From NCBI GenBank assembly GCA_002269645.1, contig NIVC01001544.1, positions 1 to 59,758 on the forward strand: 59,758 nucleotides of DNA, in the 5' to 3' direction. Below the pieces are notes generated by a model that did not search any database, was not told the origin of the DNA, and worked only from the letters and a program-made list of their open reading frames with translations. A program made the position numbers and the translations under genes. The stretch is from Macrostomum lignano. Taxonomy: Eukaryota. Below are positions 33,668 through 45,265 of the stretch, one piece after another; the first letter of the stretch is position 1, and each line of letters starts with the position of its first letter.

Positions 33668-36600
33668 TTATCGAATCGAACGAGCACTTACTTGACTTAG
33701 CTGCAGGGGGCTCCATGCGTCCGGAGACAGCGAGGAGGCGTTGCCGCCCATTTCGCTAGCCTCTGGCGACCACGGGCAGCTATAGTGCTGCGGTGTCGCG
33801 CAGGGAGTTCCGGTGGCGCCGGCGTCCGCAGCGCGATCCCCCTCCGGAGAGTCCAGGAGGTGGATTGTCGCTCGCCCGGTAGCCCTTAGGTAACGGACGA
33901 GCTGGCAGAGATTCTCGGGCCTGAAAACGTCGGAGAGGTCCGGGTTTGGGCCGAGGTAGGTGAGCCTGTCCTGAGTAAAGGCGGGGCATTCACAGATGAA
34001 GTGCTCCGCATTCTCGACACCGGAGAGGCAGAAAGGGAATTCCTCACTGCGGATTTTCCCCTGGAGGTGACGATGCCTGGCAAAGCAACCATGACCCGAG
34101 AGGGCCATGTTCACCGTCCTGATGTCCCTGCGGTTGAGTCCAAGCAGGGCCCTGCGCGGGGCGGAGGAAGGACAGGGGACAACCACGCGGGATTGCCGGC
34201 AGTCGGAGGCGTTAGCCCACCTCTCCCTGTGCTTAGAAGCCACCCACTGGTTGATCCCGAGTGGTGACAACGGCGATGGGGGTGGGGGCCACGGGCAGGG
34301 GACCAGAAAGAACCGGTCGAGCCAGCCTTGGCTAGGCGATCGGCCAGCTCGTTGCCGGGGTGGCCCGAATGCCCGGGGATCCACCTTAGGGACACCTTGT
34401 TAGAGGCGCCTAAGCGGTTGAGCTGCCCGATACAGTCGAGGACTGCAGCTGTACGCGAGCAGGTGGTGGTGCGCTCAAGGGCGTGGATTATAGCCGCTTG
34501 ACTGTCCGAGTGGAGGGTTATTTCCTTCCCCCAGACGCGCTGATTGTACAGCTCCATGGCGCAGGAGCTGATGGCGAGAACTTCGTTCTGGAAGACGGTG
34601 GAGCAGGTGCCGGTGTGTTGGGAGAAGGTCGCCAAAGTTCTCCCTCCAGACACGATGCAGTAGCCGTAGCCAGAGGCGGAGTTGATTTGGGACCCGTCAG
34701 TGAAGCAGTGGATTTCATGGGGTTTCCAGTTGTCTCTTGCTTCATGACTTGATGGAATGCTAGTTTTGAATTTGAGCGGAGGGCAGAGCGTGGACGGGAT
34801 TCCGTCCGAGAGGGTCAGCAGGCCTCTCGCTGCTTCCAGGTCTCGCAGGCTGAGGTCACCATGCGGCCGCCGGAGGTTCCGCTTTCTGAAGGCGAACTGC
34901 TTCTGGATTTGGACACCCGCGTCAAGCAGACGGCGGGTGGTTTTCATAGCCTCCCCTCTAACAAAGAGGTCGAGGGGGGGAATGTCCAAGAAGGAGTTCA
35001 TGCCGGTGAAGGGCGTAGAGGGAGCCGCGCTCATGATAGCTCGACAAGCGCGGCCTTGCACCCTATTTAGAACCTCAAGAACCCCTTTCACCTCTAGGGC
35101 ACTATTCCAAATGAAGCCGGCGAAGGAGATGGCCGGTCTAACAATGGCAGTGTAAATCCACCAGAGGCGGCGGGGGTGAGGCCCCAGGTAGCACCGAAAG
35201 CTCTGCGGATCTGCGCGAGAGTCGCGAGAGCTTTGCGGGCTTTGGTTTGGACTGCGGGGTCCAGCTCAGCCTGTGGTCGAGGGTGACGCCCAGATATCTG
35301 GTTTGTTTCTCCATGGCAACAGGTTTGCCATAGAGGGAGAGCGGTTCGATCCTCCAGTTTCGGCGGCTGGTGAACATGATAGCCACGGTTTTAGACTCAG
35401 AGAACCTGAGACCGCAGCTTTGTGCCCAGCACTCGGCACGGTGGATGAAGGCTTGAAGGAGGTCCCTGAGGACCGCGGGTGATGGTCCAGCCACAGTGGC
35501 GGTAACATCGTCTACATAGCCGACCTTCTGAACTGGGTCCGGATGCGGGCTGCAAAGCAGCTCGTCCATGACTAAACTACAGAGGATCGGGCTGAGGACT
35601 CCACCTTGCGGTCCGCCTTTCTGGACTTCCACGGAGCGTGAGTGTCCCAGGAGGTGCGATCGAGTTGGCAGTACGATGGGAGTCCATGTACATGATCCAG
35701 CGAGCGAGGTGCTCGTGCGTGCCCCGGGATTCCAGGGCCGCTTAAAGGCTTCAAAGAGCACATTATTGAAAGCACCATCAATGTCGAGGAAAAGCGACAG
35801 CGCGTATCCACTGCCAAGCACGGCGCGCTCCAGCTTGTCGACAATGGCGTGAGGCGCACTTTCGATGGAGCGTCCAGGACGAAAGGCGTGCTGATTAGGG
35901 GAGAGCGGGGAGTTCCTCAGCTCTACGAGGAGAAGGCGCCAGAGCACCAGCCGTTCCATCAGTTTGAGGAAGAAAGACGTCAGACTGATGGGGCGGTAAG
36001 CTTTGGCAGAGTGATAGTCTCCCTTCCCTGGCTTGGGTACGAAAACTACCGTAGCCTCTTGCCAGGCTTTTGGCACGTATCCGAGGGTAATGCTGGCCTT
36101 GAAGAGTTTGCAGAGGAGGCCGAGAAACCTGTCATTTTTTAACTGCCTCATGGAGGAAGGCAGGATAAATGTTGTCAGGTCCCGGTGACTTGAAAGGAGA
36201 GAAAGATTTTGCGGCGCGAGCCGTCCTCTCTCTAGTAATGATGGTCGAAGCCAGGATCTGTCCGCCCGGAGAGTGGTCCGGTGGGCCGAGCTGCTGCGCG
36301 GCACGTGGGAAAGAGCTGGTGAGCATGATGTCCAGCGATTCCCCAGGGTTCTCAGAGAGCCGGCCGTCCGGTCTTTTAATGACTGAGAGCTTTGAAATTT
36401 TGTCGAGGGTGAGAGCCTTAACCAGGCGTGAAGTAGGGCGGGTGCCTTCTAACTCCGCGCAGTATTGGCGCCATTTGTCGGACTTGGCTTTCCTGGTTTC
36501 ACGCTTAAAGTCGCGGATCGCTTCTTGGTAGGCGGCCAGGTCAGCTGGGTCCTTGCTCTTGCGAGCTTTCCGTTGGAGGCACTTTGCCTTGCGCCGGAGG

Positions 36601-37800
36601 GATCCAAGCGCCGGGTGCCACCAGGGGGCGGATTTTTTGCCTTTGTAGGCTTTAAGAGGACAGGAAGCCTCATGGGCTGTCAGGACGGTCTTGCTGAGCA
36701 AGTCTGCAAGGTCATCCACTTCCTGACAGGTGGTTGGAGCGGCGGTAGACAGCTGATCTGCCTGGCATTTCAGGGTTTCCGTGAAAGCCGTCCAATCAGT
36801 GTTCCGGATGTTCCTTTTCCACAGGAAGTGATGCTTGGGGCAAGAGAATTGCAATCGAAAACGAACGAAGCGATGGTCAGACAGAGATTCCTCTTCGTCC
36901 CAAACCTCCCAGTCCTTGACTAAAGGAGTCAAGCCATGGGAGACGAGGGTAACGTCGAGGGCCTCCGTCCATCGCCCGATGTCAAAGGTGGGGGTTCCAC
37001 CAATGTTGCAAAACTCAGTATTGGTGGTGCAGATGTAAGCAAGGAGTTCCTCGCCTCTGCTGTTGGAAGCATTACTGCCCCAGTGGGTGTGGTGAGCGTT
37101 GACGTCGCCCGCCACCAGCAGCTCGAACCTACGGTTAGAGCAGTAGTCCACGAGGGAGATAATATTGGGTGGAGCCGCGGGGCCATCGCCAGGGATATAG
37201 ATCGAGGCGATGATGACCGTGCGGTTGGTGATAATGTGGTTGGACTGAATGACACAGAGGTCTCTGTCAGAGAGGTCCGGTCTGTGCCAAGCGTTGAGAT
37301 GGGTAGACACGAACGAACATGGCTGCTCTGGGGTTTTTGGGGTCCTGAAAACAGTCAAGACCAGCAGGAATATTCAGAATCTTAACTTTCTTTGTCCAGG
37401 GCTCCTGTGGGAGCTTCCACACGGGCAGAGGTCCCGCCACGGGAGGGGCCAGCCGCACCAGGAGCTTAGGCGGCACCTGATGCATCTGACCGGCGCGCGG
37501 AGTCCACCCCCTTGTCGGATGTAGGCTCCTCTGCGGGGTTCGCAAAGTTAGCGGCACCCTCCTCGGAGGTGGCCGGAGGGGCGGCTTTCGCATTCCTCCG
37601 TTTCTCCGCTTTGCGCTGGAAAAAGGCCTTGTAGCGAGCAATGCTACGGGCCTTCTTTTTAGAAATCTGAGGTCCGCTGTCCTGTTGTCCGCTATCCTGG
37701 ATACTCGTACGTTTGAAAATTGAATAAATTCGTGTTAAATTAAGATTTGAGGCAAGTATTGATCTCGTCGGCTGGGGTGCCGCAGAATGAGTCTGTCTAA
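33668..37800 (-). mobile_element. Decayed non-LTR retrotransposon, LOA/Lian-like (APE endonuclease, RT, RNase H, C-terminal Cys/His motif), near full length, several frameshifts
   Basis: APE: QEPW, LVAGDVNAHH..WGS, SLSDHRFV. RT: YRPISLTSFFLK, FLDIDGAFNN, PQGGVLSP, YVDD, YLGVTLD. RNase H: [33 protein letters not shown]-terminus: [11 protein letters not shown]. The clade is assigned from recalled motif similarity; the 5' boundary is approximate. Confidence 0.88.
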
Positions 37801-37864
37801 TAAGCATCTGTCTAAAGCGTGTTGGCTTTACCTCTGCCTCTATCCGTTCTTCGGGTTCTTTAGA

Positions 37865-38520
37865 ACTTCACTCCTCTCCTCTCCTCTCTCCATTTGCTCT
37901 CTTATCTTTCCTCTCCTCTCTACTCTCTACTCTCTCTTCTCTCGTCTCTTCTCTCTCCCTCTATCTTTTTCTATTCCTCTCTCCTTTCTACTCTCTCCTC
38001 TCTCGTCCCTTCTCTCTCGAATATTCTCTCTCCTCTCTTCTCTCACACGTTTTTCTTCTCTCTCTTCTCGTCTCTGTAATCTCTTCTCTCTTCTCTACTC
38101 TCCCATCTCTCGTCTGTTCACTCTTGTCTCTGCGCTCTACTCTCCTCTCTATTCTTTCATCTTTACTCTCTTGTCTTCCTGATTTGTACTTTTTTCTTTC
38201 CCTCTTTTTGACTCCTCTACTCTTCCTTTCTTATCTATTTTCTTCCTTCCTCTCTTCCCTCTTTTATACTCTGTTTTCATTCTCATCTTTCCTACCTTCT
38301 CTCTCCTCTCTCTACTCTCTTCTCTCTATTGTCGACTCCCTCATCTCTACCCTCTCATCTTTATCTCTACTCTCTTCTTTCTCCTCATCTTTAATCTATA
38401 ATGTCTTATCTATCATGTCTCCTCTCCTCCATTCTCTTTTTCTTTACTCTCGCCCTTAAACTCTCTATTATGCTCTTTCGTGTCATGTTTCATCAACTTT
38501 TCCATCTATCTCCTTTAATA
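37865..38520 (+). repeat. CT-rich low-complexity polypyrimidine tract, about 650 bp
   Basis: Directly visible. It abuts the 5' end of the LOA-like element. Confidence 0.9.
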
Positions 38521-39459
38521 CGCTCGTAATTTTCTCTCATTTGGCCCGCAGCCATGAGCTGGATTCTCTGGGCCCTCGCGGTAAAAAATGTAAGTCTCAA
38601 GTCTCCACAAGAGTTCACTGCAGCACAAGAGTTGCAAGCAACCAAGTGCAACAATCCCTATTTAAGCTACACGTACTGAAGACAGGGGCCAGATAAAAAG
38701 TACCCCAGGCTACAGTTAACATGTACATGTATATGTAAAGCAGCATACGCGTTTAAGTACTCGTAAACTCTCAAAAACTGCCCGTGCCAAGGTATCATGA
38801 GACCCCCAAGCAAAAACTCGTTGAACAGCCGACTCGTCGATAAAGTTCTAGCGGTTGACGCCAAAATTATGCAAGATGTCTTCTAACATGTAAGTAGCTT
38901 GATGTCGCTGAGCAAAGGAGGAAGTTGAGATGTCCCATGTGCATGAATCAAGTTGAAGGAACAGGAGAGGGAGCACTAAGAGTCTCTAGGCCAAGCTTCA
39001 TGCAGTATTAATAGCTTGTCTTCCTAGCAGGAAAATACATGTAGCTGCGCCTATACGCGGTTAAGTAGGAACCAACTGGCCCGCGATTTAATTGTCATAG
39101 CGGAGCATTTGGATTGTGATTGGCTGAGCCGATTTCTTAGAACGCACGCCAGTTTTTCTGTTTGGCTGATAAGCCTGCTGCCATCCAAACCGCCAAGCTG
39201 AGAGATCCCACCAGGCCTCGGGGAACTCTAAAAAATGACAGTTAGCTCGTTTGGCAGCAATAAAAATAATTTTTGAGATTCAGCAACATTGCACATTACC
39301 TATACATTATCAGGGATGAAGATAAAAGTGTAATGGGATATCACGGAAAATATTAGAATTAGAAGGAATATATAATTAAAAGGTAAATAAATGCTGTGCA
39401 CACAGTTAGCTGTCAATATGACAATATCGGCACGCTTTGAAAAATAAGAACAAAAATAC

Positions 39460-41184
39460 CGGGAGGTGGAAGGAGTCCACTATGGCGGGTTCGCCGATGA
39501 CCTGGCCATTTGGAACAGCGGCGACTCGCTAGAGGAAGTCACTGACCGCCTCCAACGCGCCCTCGACAAGATCAGCGATTGGGCGAGCGACCTCAAACTC
39601 AACCCGAACAAATGCGAGTCCTGCGTCTACAGCCGCTCCCCCCGTGACAGGACGGCCAAACCGCACCTCAGCATCAACGGTAAAAACATCGAGTGCAAAG
39701 ACTCTCTGAAGTACCTTGGAGTTCACAACGATCGAGGGCTCACCTTCGCTGTGCACACTGAAAACGTCGTCCTCAAAATGAAAAAAAGAAGCAGGATCAT
39801 CCAGGCGGTGGCCAACACGGACTGGGGCTGGCACCAGGAGGACCTCAAGAAAATCCGTACTGCCATCGTCGAGAGCTGCGTCTGGCACGCTGCGGCTGCC
39901 TGGATCCCCTGGGTCTCCAGAAGCAACATCGACAAAATCGAGCGCGCCCAACGTGAAAGCCTCAGACTGGTAGCCGGTCTCGTTAAGTCGACCCCTTCTG
40001 AAGCTGTCTACCTCGAGACCGGCGTCGCCCCTATCTCAGAGACAGCGATCTCCAAGTGTGTCCGGGATTGGGAAAAAGCTATACGTGAACCCAGACCGAG
40101 CCCAAAAAGAGACCTATGCGACATGTCGATCACCAGGAGACTCAAAGCGAACAAAGGATGGAGGGAACAAGCCAGAATCGAAAGCCAGCACATCAATCAG
40201 CAGGGCGCCGCGAGAGGAATTCGTTAGCAGAAGACACCCGCCATGGAGACGCCTCAAGCACGACGGCGTCTTCTGCTGCCCAGGCCTCCTACGAGGCGGC
40301 AAGAAGGGTGACCCCCTCATCAAAGAAGAGGCCCTTGAGACCATCCGCAGCATCGGACCAGTGGACCTTACTATCTACTCGGACGGCTCGGTGGACGGAC
40401 TTGGAAAGAATGGAGGCGCGGCCTGTGTGGCCTGGATCAACGGCGCGGAGAAGCCAAAGATTGCAGCTGCGGGCGAATTTAGTAGCTCCTTGGCAGCAGA
40501 GAGAGAGCCCTCCATCTAGCCCTTGACCTGATCAAGGAGGAATCTCCGGAAAGCGCCCTCATCCTGACCGACAGCAAATCCGCCGTCCTGGCCGTCGCCA
40601 AGGAGAAGCTCTCCAGGAATCGATCCCATTTCCTCCTGATCGAGAGACTGAGGAGACTTAGTTCCCAATGCAAGATCCACCTCCAATGGATTCCAGGCCA
40701 CGTCGACATCGCGGGAAATGAGCGCGCCGACGCCCTGGCCCAGCAGGGGACTCTTCTGGATCAGAGCACGATCCCGATCGAATTTGATGTGCTCGATAGA
40801 CAAGTCAGAAACCGTTGGAAGCCGGTCACGAAAGACCATCGTCTGACGGAGATCTACGGCACCACCCGAGACCCCGGCAACTTCGGCAGGAAGAACTCAG
40901 TGTTTCTCGCCCAGCTTCGATCCGGACACTGTAAATGGACACCCTACTGGCGCCAGAAGATTGGGCTAGAGGAGCCTCAACCATGCCCAGACTGCGGTGA
41001 AAATCCCGACAAGGACCACTGGTTCCTCTGCCCCAGATGGGACTGCCTACGTCTAGAGCTCGGACTCACTGGAAGGAAAGACTACGGAAGGGAAATGATG
41101 ATGTTTGAGTTCCTGAGGAAGACCCACCCGGAATGGCTGGCCTGATCTCGGAGACTCGTTCCGATGACACACACACACACACAC

Positions 41185-41231
<47 letters not shown>
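39460..41231 (+). mobile_element. 5'-truncated non-LTR retrotransposon, I-group (Ingi/Nimb-like), with end of RT, RNase H, Cys motif and (CA)n(CAA)n tail
   Basis: GFADDLAIW, KYLGV; RNase H IYSDGS, ILTDSKS, WIPGHVDIAGNERADALA; QLRSGHC..CPDCGE. Two frameshifts (about 40220 and 40505). The tail spans 41165-41231. AACAAAA(A)TAC flanks both ends. Confidence 0.88.
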
Positions 41232-41233
<2 letters not shown>

Positions 41234-41299
41234 AATACACCTCTCGCCGGCCACGAGTGTCAGAACGCACGCCTTTGGGCCGCAATTCTCAAAAGTCGG

Positions 41300-41665
41300 C
41301 TCCCCCAGTCAGATTCAGAACGGAGGCGCTCTCGCATCTCTCAGAAGCAGCTCGTCAAACGCCCTTGGCCTCGTCTCCGCGGACCCTGCGCCGTCCACAA
41401 CAGCAGGTCCTATAAACGACTTGCGGCACCGACTTTCCAACCGGATGACGTGGCCAGCCAGCCTGAGTCGCCTCTCGCACAGCAAGTCAAAAGGCCGCGT
41501 TAAGCGGGCCCTAGTGTAGAGCATGACGTTGGGCTCCGAGACGAGGGGCCACAGCGCACGCCCAATGCAGAGCGCAGCATCGCAGAGTGCGCGGCGTCCA
41601 GTTGCTTCTCCCGGGCATCCGTCAGGGTCCAGGTCTCAGGGTTGTAGAGCAGCACAGTCAATCCA
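41300..41665 (-). mobile_element. 3' remnant of an RTE-like non-LTR element
   Basis: Minus-strand translation TVLLYNPETWTLTDAREKQLDAAHSAMLRSALGV ... ERRLRLAGHVIR matches the post-RT C-terminus of RTE-type ORFs. It is frameshifted. Confidence 0.65.
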
Positions 41666-43116
41666 GAGCCTCAGATCGCAGCACCTAGTGCACCGAGCAT
41701 AAGGCGACTCAGGTCAGCCCGCATCTCCTTCTCATGTCGCTGGCGATGTCCCGCTCGAGTTCTCATACGGGTCTCATTCCTGCCGTCGCATCGGTGCTGA
41801 AAGTCCGTCGTTCTCGTCAATTTGAGATGTGTCAATCAATCATACTGTCAACTCAGTGCGTGTGTGTAGTCTTAATTTTGTCTCAGTAATAGTGCGACCC
41901 TCATTGTCACATTCAACAGCATCCCATGTCCAACACTCGGCGCAATAAATTGAAGTTATCAATAACATTATTTCAAGTGAGCCAATTGGATTGTCAGCAA
42001 TTATGTGCGGAAGAAGTAGTAAGCTATCTCGTCAATTATTGGCGAAGAGGTCTTCCCTCACCTCTGTGTCCAGCACCAAATTACCGCTTTATTCAGGATT
42101 TTATTCATAATTTACAATCGTTTTAGGGGTCCCATCGCGACTGTGCACAGATGCGAGTACAAGAGTACATTGCCTGGGACAGACTCTTGCTCACGCCTCT
42201 CCCTCCGGGCATAAAGCATTTAGTTCCCGCTATGCGGGGCAAATGGAATGTGGTGCAGACTAGAAACGGGAAAGCAAGACGAAGGGAATGAGAGAGAGCT
42301 TGGGGAAGAGTGGATTGAGCACTTTGCTGGGCGGGGGGAGTTGGGCTGCTTGGGAGGTCGTTCATCTGACTAAAGCGCACTTGCAGGGGGGTATAAAGCT
42401 CCTAAATGCAGCTAGAGAGCCTCTTCTCCCTGACCCCAGCCTCGCAGTGATAAAGTAGCTACGCTGCCTATCCAACCCTTAATGCAGTCGCTCAATCAAC
42501 CTGGCTCACTTCCGACTCGCAAGGGCTAGCATATTTTGAAAGCGTCGGACCGGCCGCTTCCAATATTTCGTCCAGTTTGTCAGCAAAGCAACCGAGTTCG
42601 GTCTTCACATCTTTCGAATTAATTTGATTTCGTCGGATATCGCATTCAGTTCAGTGCTTGGCAAGCCTGATCTGACTCTTCCATTTACCCTTTCTGGCCC
42701 AGCCAGTAGGGACGACAGTCCATTTTCCAAAAGTTCTCGATCAAGTAACAGATAGGATACACCAGGACGAGCCGAAGACCACTTTGTTAAATTTCTTAAG
42801 CAGTTCTTGAGACGAGTCCACGGCAAGTGCTCCACAGGCTGCACTCCCCGATCGACTAGGGGAGAGAGCATCAACAGTTGATTGCCAAGAGCACTATACA
42901 TTTCACTCAACTTAAGTAAGCGTTGACAGCTCGAAGATTTACCAACAATTCCCTTCTAATCCAGTGCAACAGTGCAGCGCTGCAAAGTAAAGGCATTAAA
43001 AGTATTGGCATCTGCCCACAGAAAATCCTGCCTCGATAAAGCAATCAGTTTTAACTAGCTTTACTGCCCGAGTAGGTTTTTAAGAAACCAGTTGAAATAG
43101 TTTCCTGAGCGCTCGT

Positions 43117-44931
43117 ATGGGCCAGAAAGAATTGCCAAAAATGGACAGTCAACTCACCGCGGCAGCACCTGCCCAGAGACAAGCAGGCGAGCAGATGCGA
43201 TTAACAGACCTGCCAGTCAGCATCTCAGAAGAGCTGCACCGGTTTTCCATGCTTTCGTCGATTCGTGGCCTGTCCCGAATTTTAAAAAGTCGATCTCTGG
43301 CCTGGAAAATCTTCTGGTTCGTTTTCATTGTTGCCAGCCTGATGATTGCGATACTGCTATCGGCGAACGTTGTTCAAAGCTACATTAGTTACGACACTAT
43401 TCAGGAGCTGAGGGAGCATCTGAACTACCATTTGCCGTTTCCTTCAGTCACCATCTGCAATTCCCAGGCAGTCGACAAGGATCGCTACGAAAGCCTCAAT
43501 GCCAGTTTAGTGACAAAACTCTTCGGCTATTTGGCAAACCTGCGGAAGCACTATGGCTCAAGCGAGAGTCTGCTAGAGGATCGGTACTTCCTGTTCGAGA
43601 ACATGGGACGCAGTCACGCCTACAGGCTGGGCTTTGCTCTCGACACCCTAATTCTGCCCAACTCGTGCATATTCACATTCTTGAACACCAGCACCAGTAA
43701 GGACTCCTTCCGGTCATGCAGAAGCAACGATATACGCCTGATTCAAACGCCAAGGTACTTCAACTGCTACATGGTGACACCAGGGCCAGACATCATCAAC
43801 CACACCACCGATCTAAAAATGGATATTTACTTGAACGTCCCGGGCCTATTTGACAATTACAATATCAGCCACCTACCCTACAACGAGGACGACACCACGG
43901 GTGCAAGAGTCTGCGTGCACACCCCACTCTCCTGGCCCTACACGGAAGAGATCGGCATCGATATTGAGCCAGGCACAAAGACAATGATTGATGTTTCGCC
44001 AACAAAGCTGAAACTCCTTCCCAACTATGGCGGACAGGTGTGCACAGAGCACAACCTTCTTGAGGAGGTGATGGAGGCTTACACTGACATGGGCAGTACA
44101 AAATTTGCTTACACAAGCAAGTTTTGTAAGGATCTTCACCTACAGAATCTGACTGTTGATAGGTGCAACTGCATCGACCCCCGAAAACCGTATCCGCCCA
44201 GCTTGCATAAATACCAATTCTGCGGCAAGATGAACGGCAGCGATGATAAATCGTTGAATGAAACTCTGCATCAGTTGCGCTGCGCTGACAATATTGAGCT
44301 CGACAACAGCTACTCAGCCAGTCAGCACGACTGCGCATTGAGCTGCGAAACGTGCCAGTACCTCTACCAGACATCCCAGTCACTGTGGCCAACAAAAAAC
44401 AAGGAGGTAGAGTACTACCAACAGATGCTGAAGCCCTTGCCAAAGCTCAGAGAGAAGTACAAGGCGTACGATCACATTCAGAACTTGTCCCGCGTGAACG
44501 CCATCAAGAGCCGCAAGCTGCTGATGAAGGAGGACGATATTCGAAATAATTTTGTTCGGCTGCATATTTTCCGCAGCGACTTCTCGGCTAGCGAGAAGAG
44601 CATGGCTCTGAAGACCACTAAGGAGAGCATGGTTTCTCAGGTTGGGGGAATTTTCCACTTGCTCACCGGCATCACATTTGCCTGCGTTGTTGAGGTGCTC
44701 GAGTGTCTGTACTATCTACTCAAGAAGACTCTGCTGCCTCGGTCCAACGGTCCGAACCACGGAGTGCTGCTGCAACGGCTTCGACGCCGTCCACACCGGA
44801 ATGATTCAGCGAACAACTGTCAAGGTGTCGATGGTTCCGCCTATGAAATGCAAAAGTTGCAAACTCCGGAGCCAAAAGCTGAGGAGTTCAACCACCATGC
44901 GATCGCGGAAGACGGAGCAGCAAGCGCGTAA
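43117..44931 (+). CDS. DEG/ENaC (amiloride-sensitive sodium channel family) subunit, single exon, 604 aa
   Basis: TM1 WKIFWFVFIVASLMI, FPSVTICN, YFNCY, Cys-rich thumb, TM2 SQVGGIFHLLTGITFACVVEVLE. Uninterrupted ORF; the start could be a nearby downstream Met. Confidence 0.92.
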   Translation: MGQKELPKMDSQLTAAAPAQRQAGEQMRLTDLPVSISEELHRFSMLSSIRGLSRILKSRSLAWKIFWFVFIVASLMIAILLSANVVQSYISYDTIQELREHLNYHLPFPSVTICNSQAVDKDRYESLNASLVTKLFGYLANLRKHYGSSESLLEDRYFLFENMGRSHAYRLGFALDTLILPNSCIFTFLNTSTSKDSFRSCRSNDIRLIQTPRYFNCYMVTPGPDIINHTTDLKMDIYLNVPGLFDNYNISHLPYNEDDTTGARVCVHTPLSWPYTEEIGIDIEPGTKTMIDVSPTKLKLLPNYGGQVCTEHNLLEEVMEAYTDMGSTKFAYTSKFCKDLHLQNLTVDRCNCIDPRKPYPPSLHKYQFCGKMNGSDDKSLNETLHQLRCADNIELDNSYSASQHDCALSCETCQYLYQTSQSLWPTKNKEVEYYQQMLKPLPKLREKYKAYDHIQNLSRVNAIKSRKLLMKEDDIRNNFVRLHIFRSDFSASEKSMALKTTKESMVSQVGGIFHLLTGITFACVVEVLECLYYLLKKTLLPRSNGPNHGVLLQRLRRRPHRNDSANNCQGVDGSAYEMQKLQTPEPKAEEFNHHAIAEDGAASA

Positions 44932-45265
44932 GCCTCTCTATGCAAATCCCTAACTGGAAATTTATTTATAAAGCGGGACTGGTGCTCGAAATTTGCCTTG
45001 AGCCTGAACTACAAAAAGCCCTTTGGCGGAATTTTGGCCTAAACTGCTCCTCAAGTTCTAGTGCAGACACGCAGTACAGTTGCTTGTATTTGCTATAGAT
45101 GTAAGCCTGTTCCATCATCTTCTCCACAAAGTACAGTAGTTCGCAGATTAGAATGCATAATTATTACTGCATGACGGAGTATTTTTGATGTTTGACTTTA
45201 GCAACAGACAGACTGTGCGAGTATTACGATCGATCAGTACTTTTCCTCTAGGATTTTTTTTGCTC

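Noticed and set aside
33715-33800. HDV-like ribozyme suggested by GCCTCCTCGCTG and GCGAAATGGG on the minus strand
   Set aside because: The elements are in the wrong order for the nested double pseudoknot, no P1 pairing was found, and the site is at the 3' rather than the 5' end of the LINE.
42123-42910. Short minus-strand ORFs upstream of the DEG/ENaC gene
   Set aside because: No recognisable motif or splice chain; cannot be supported without a search.
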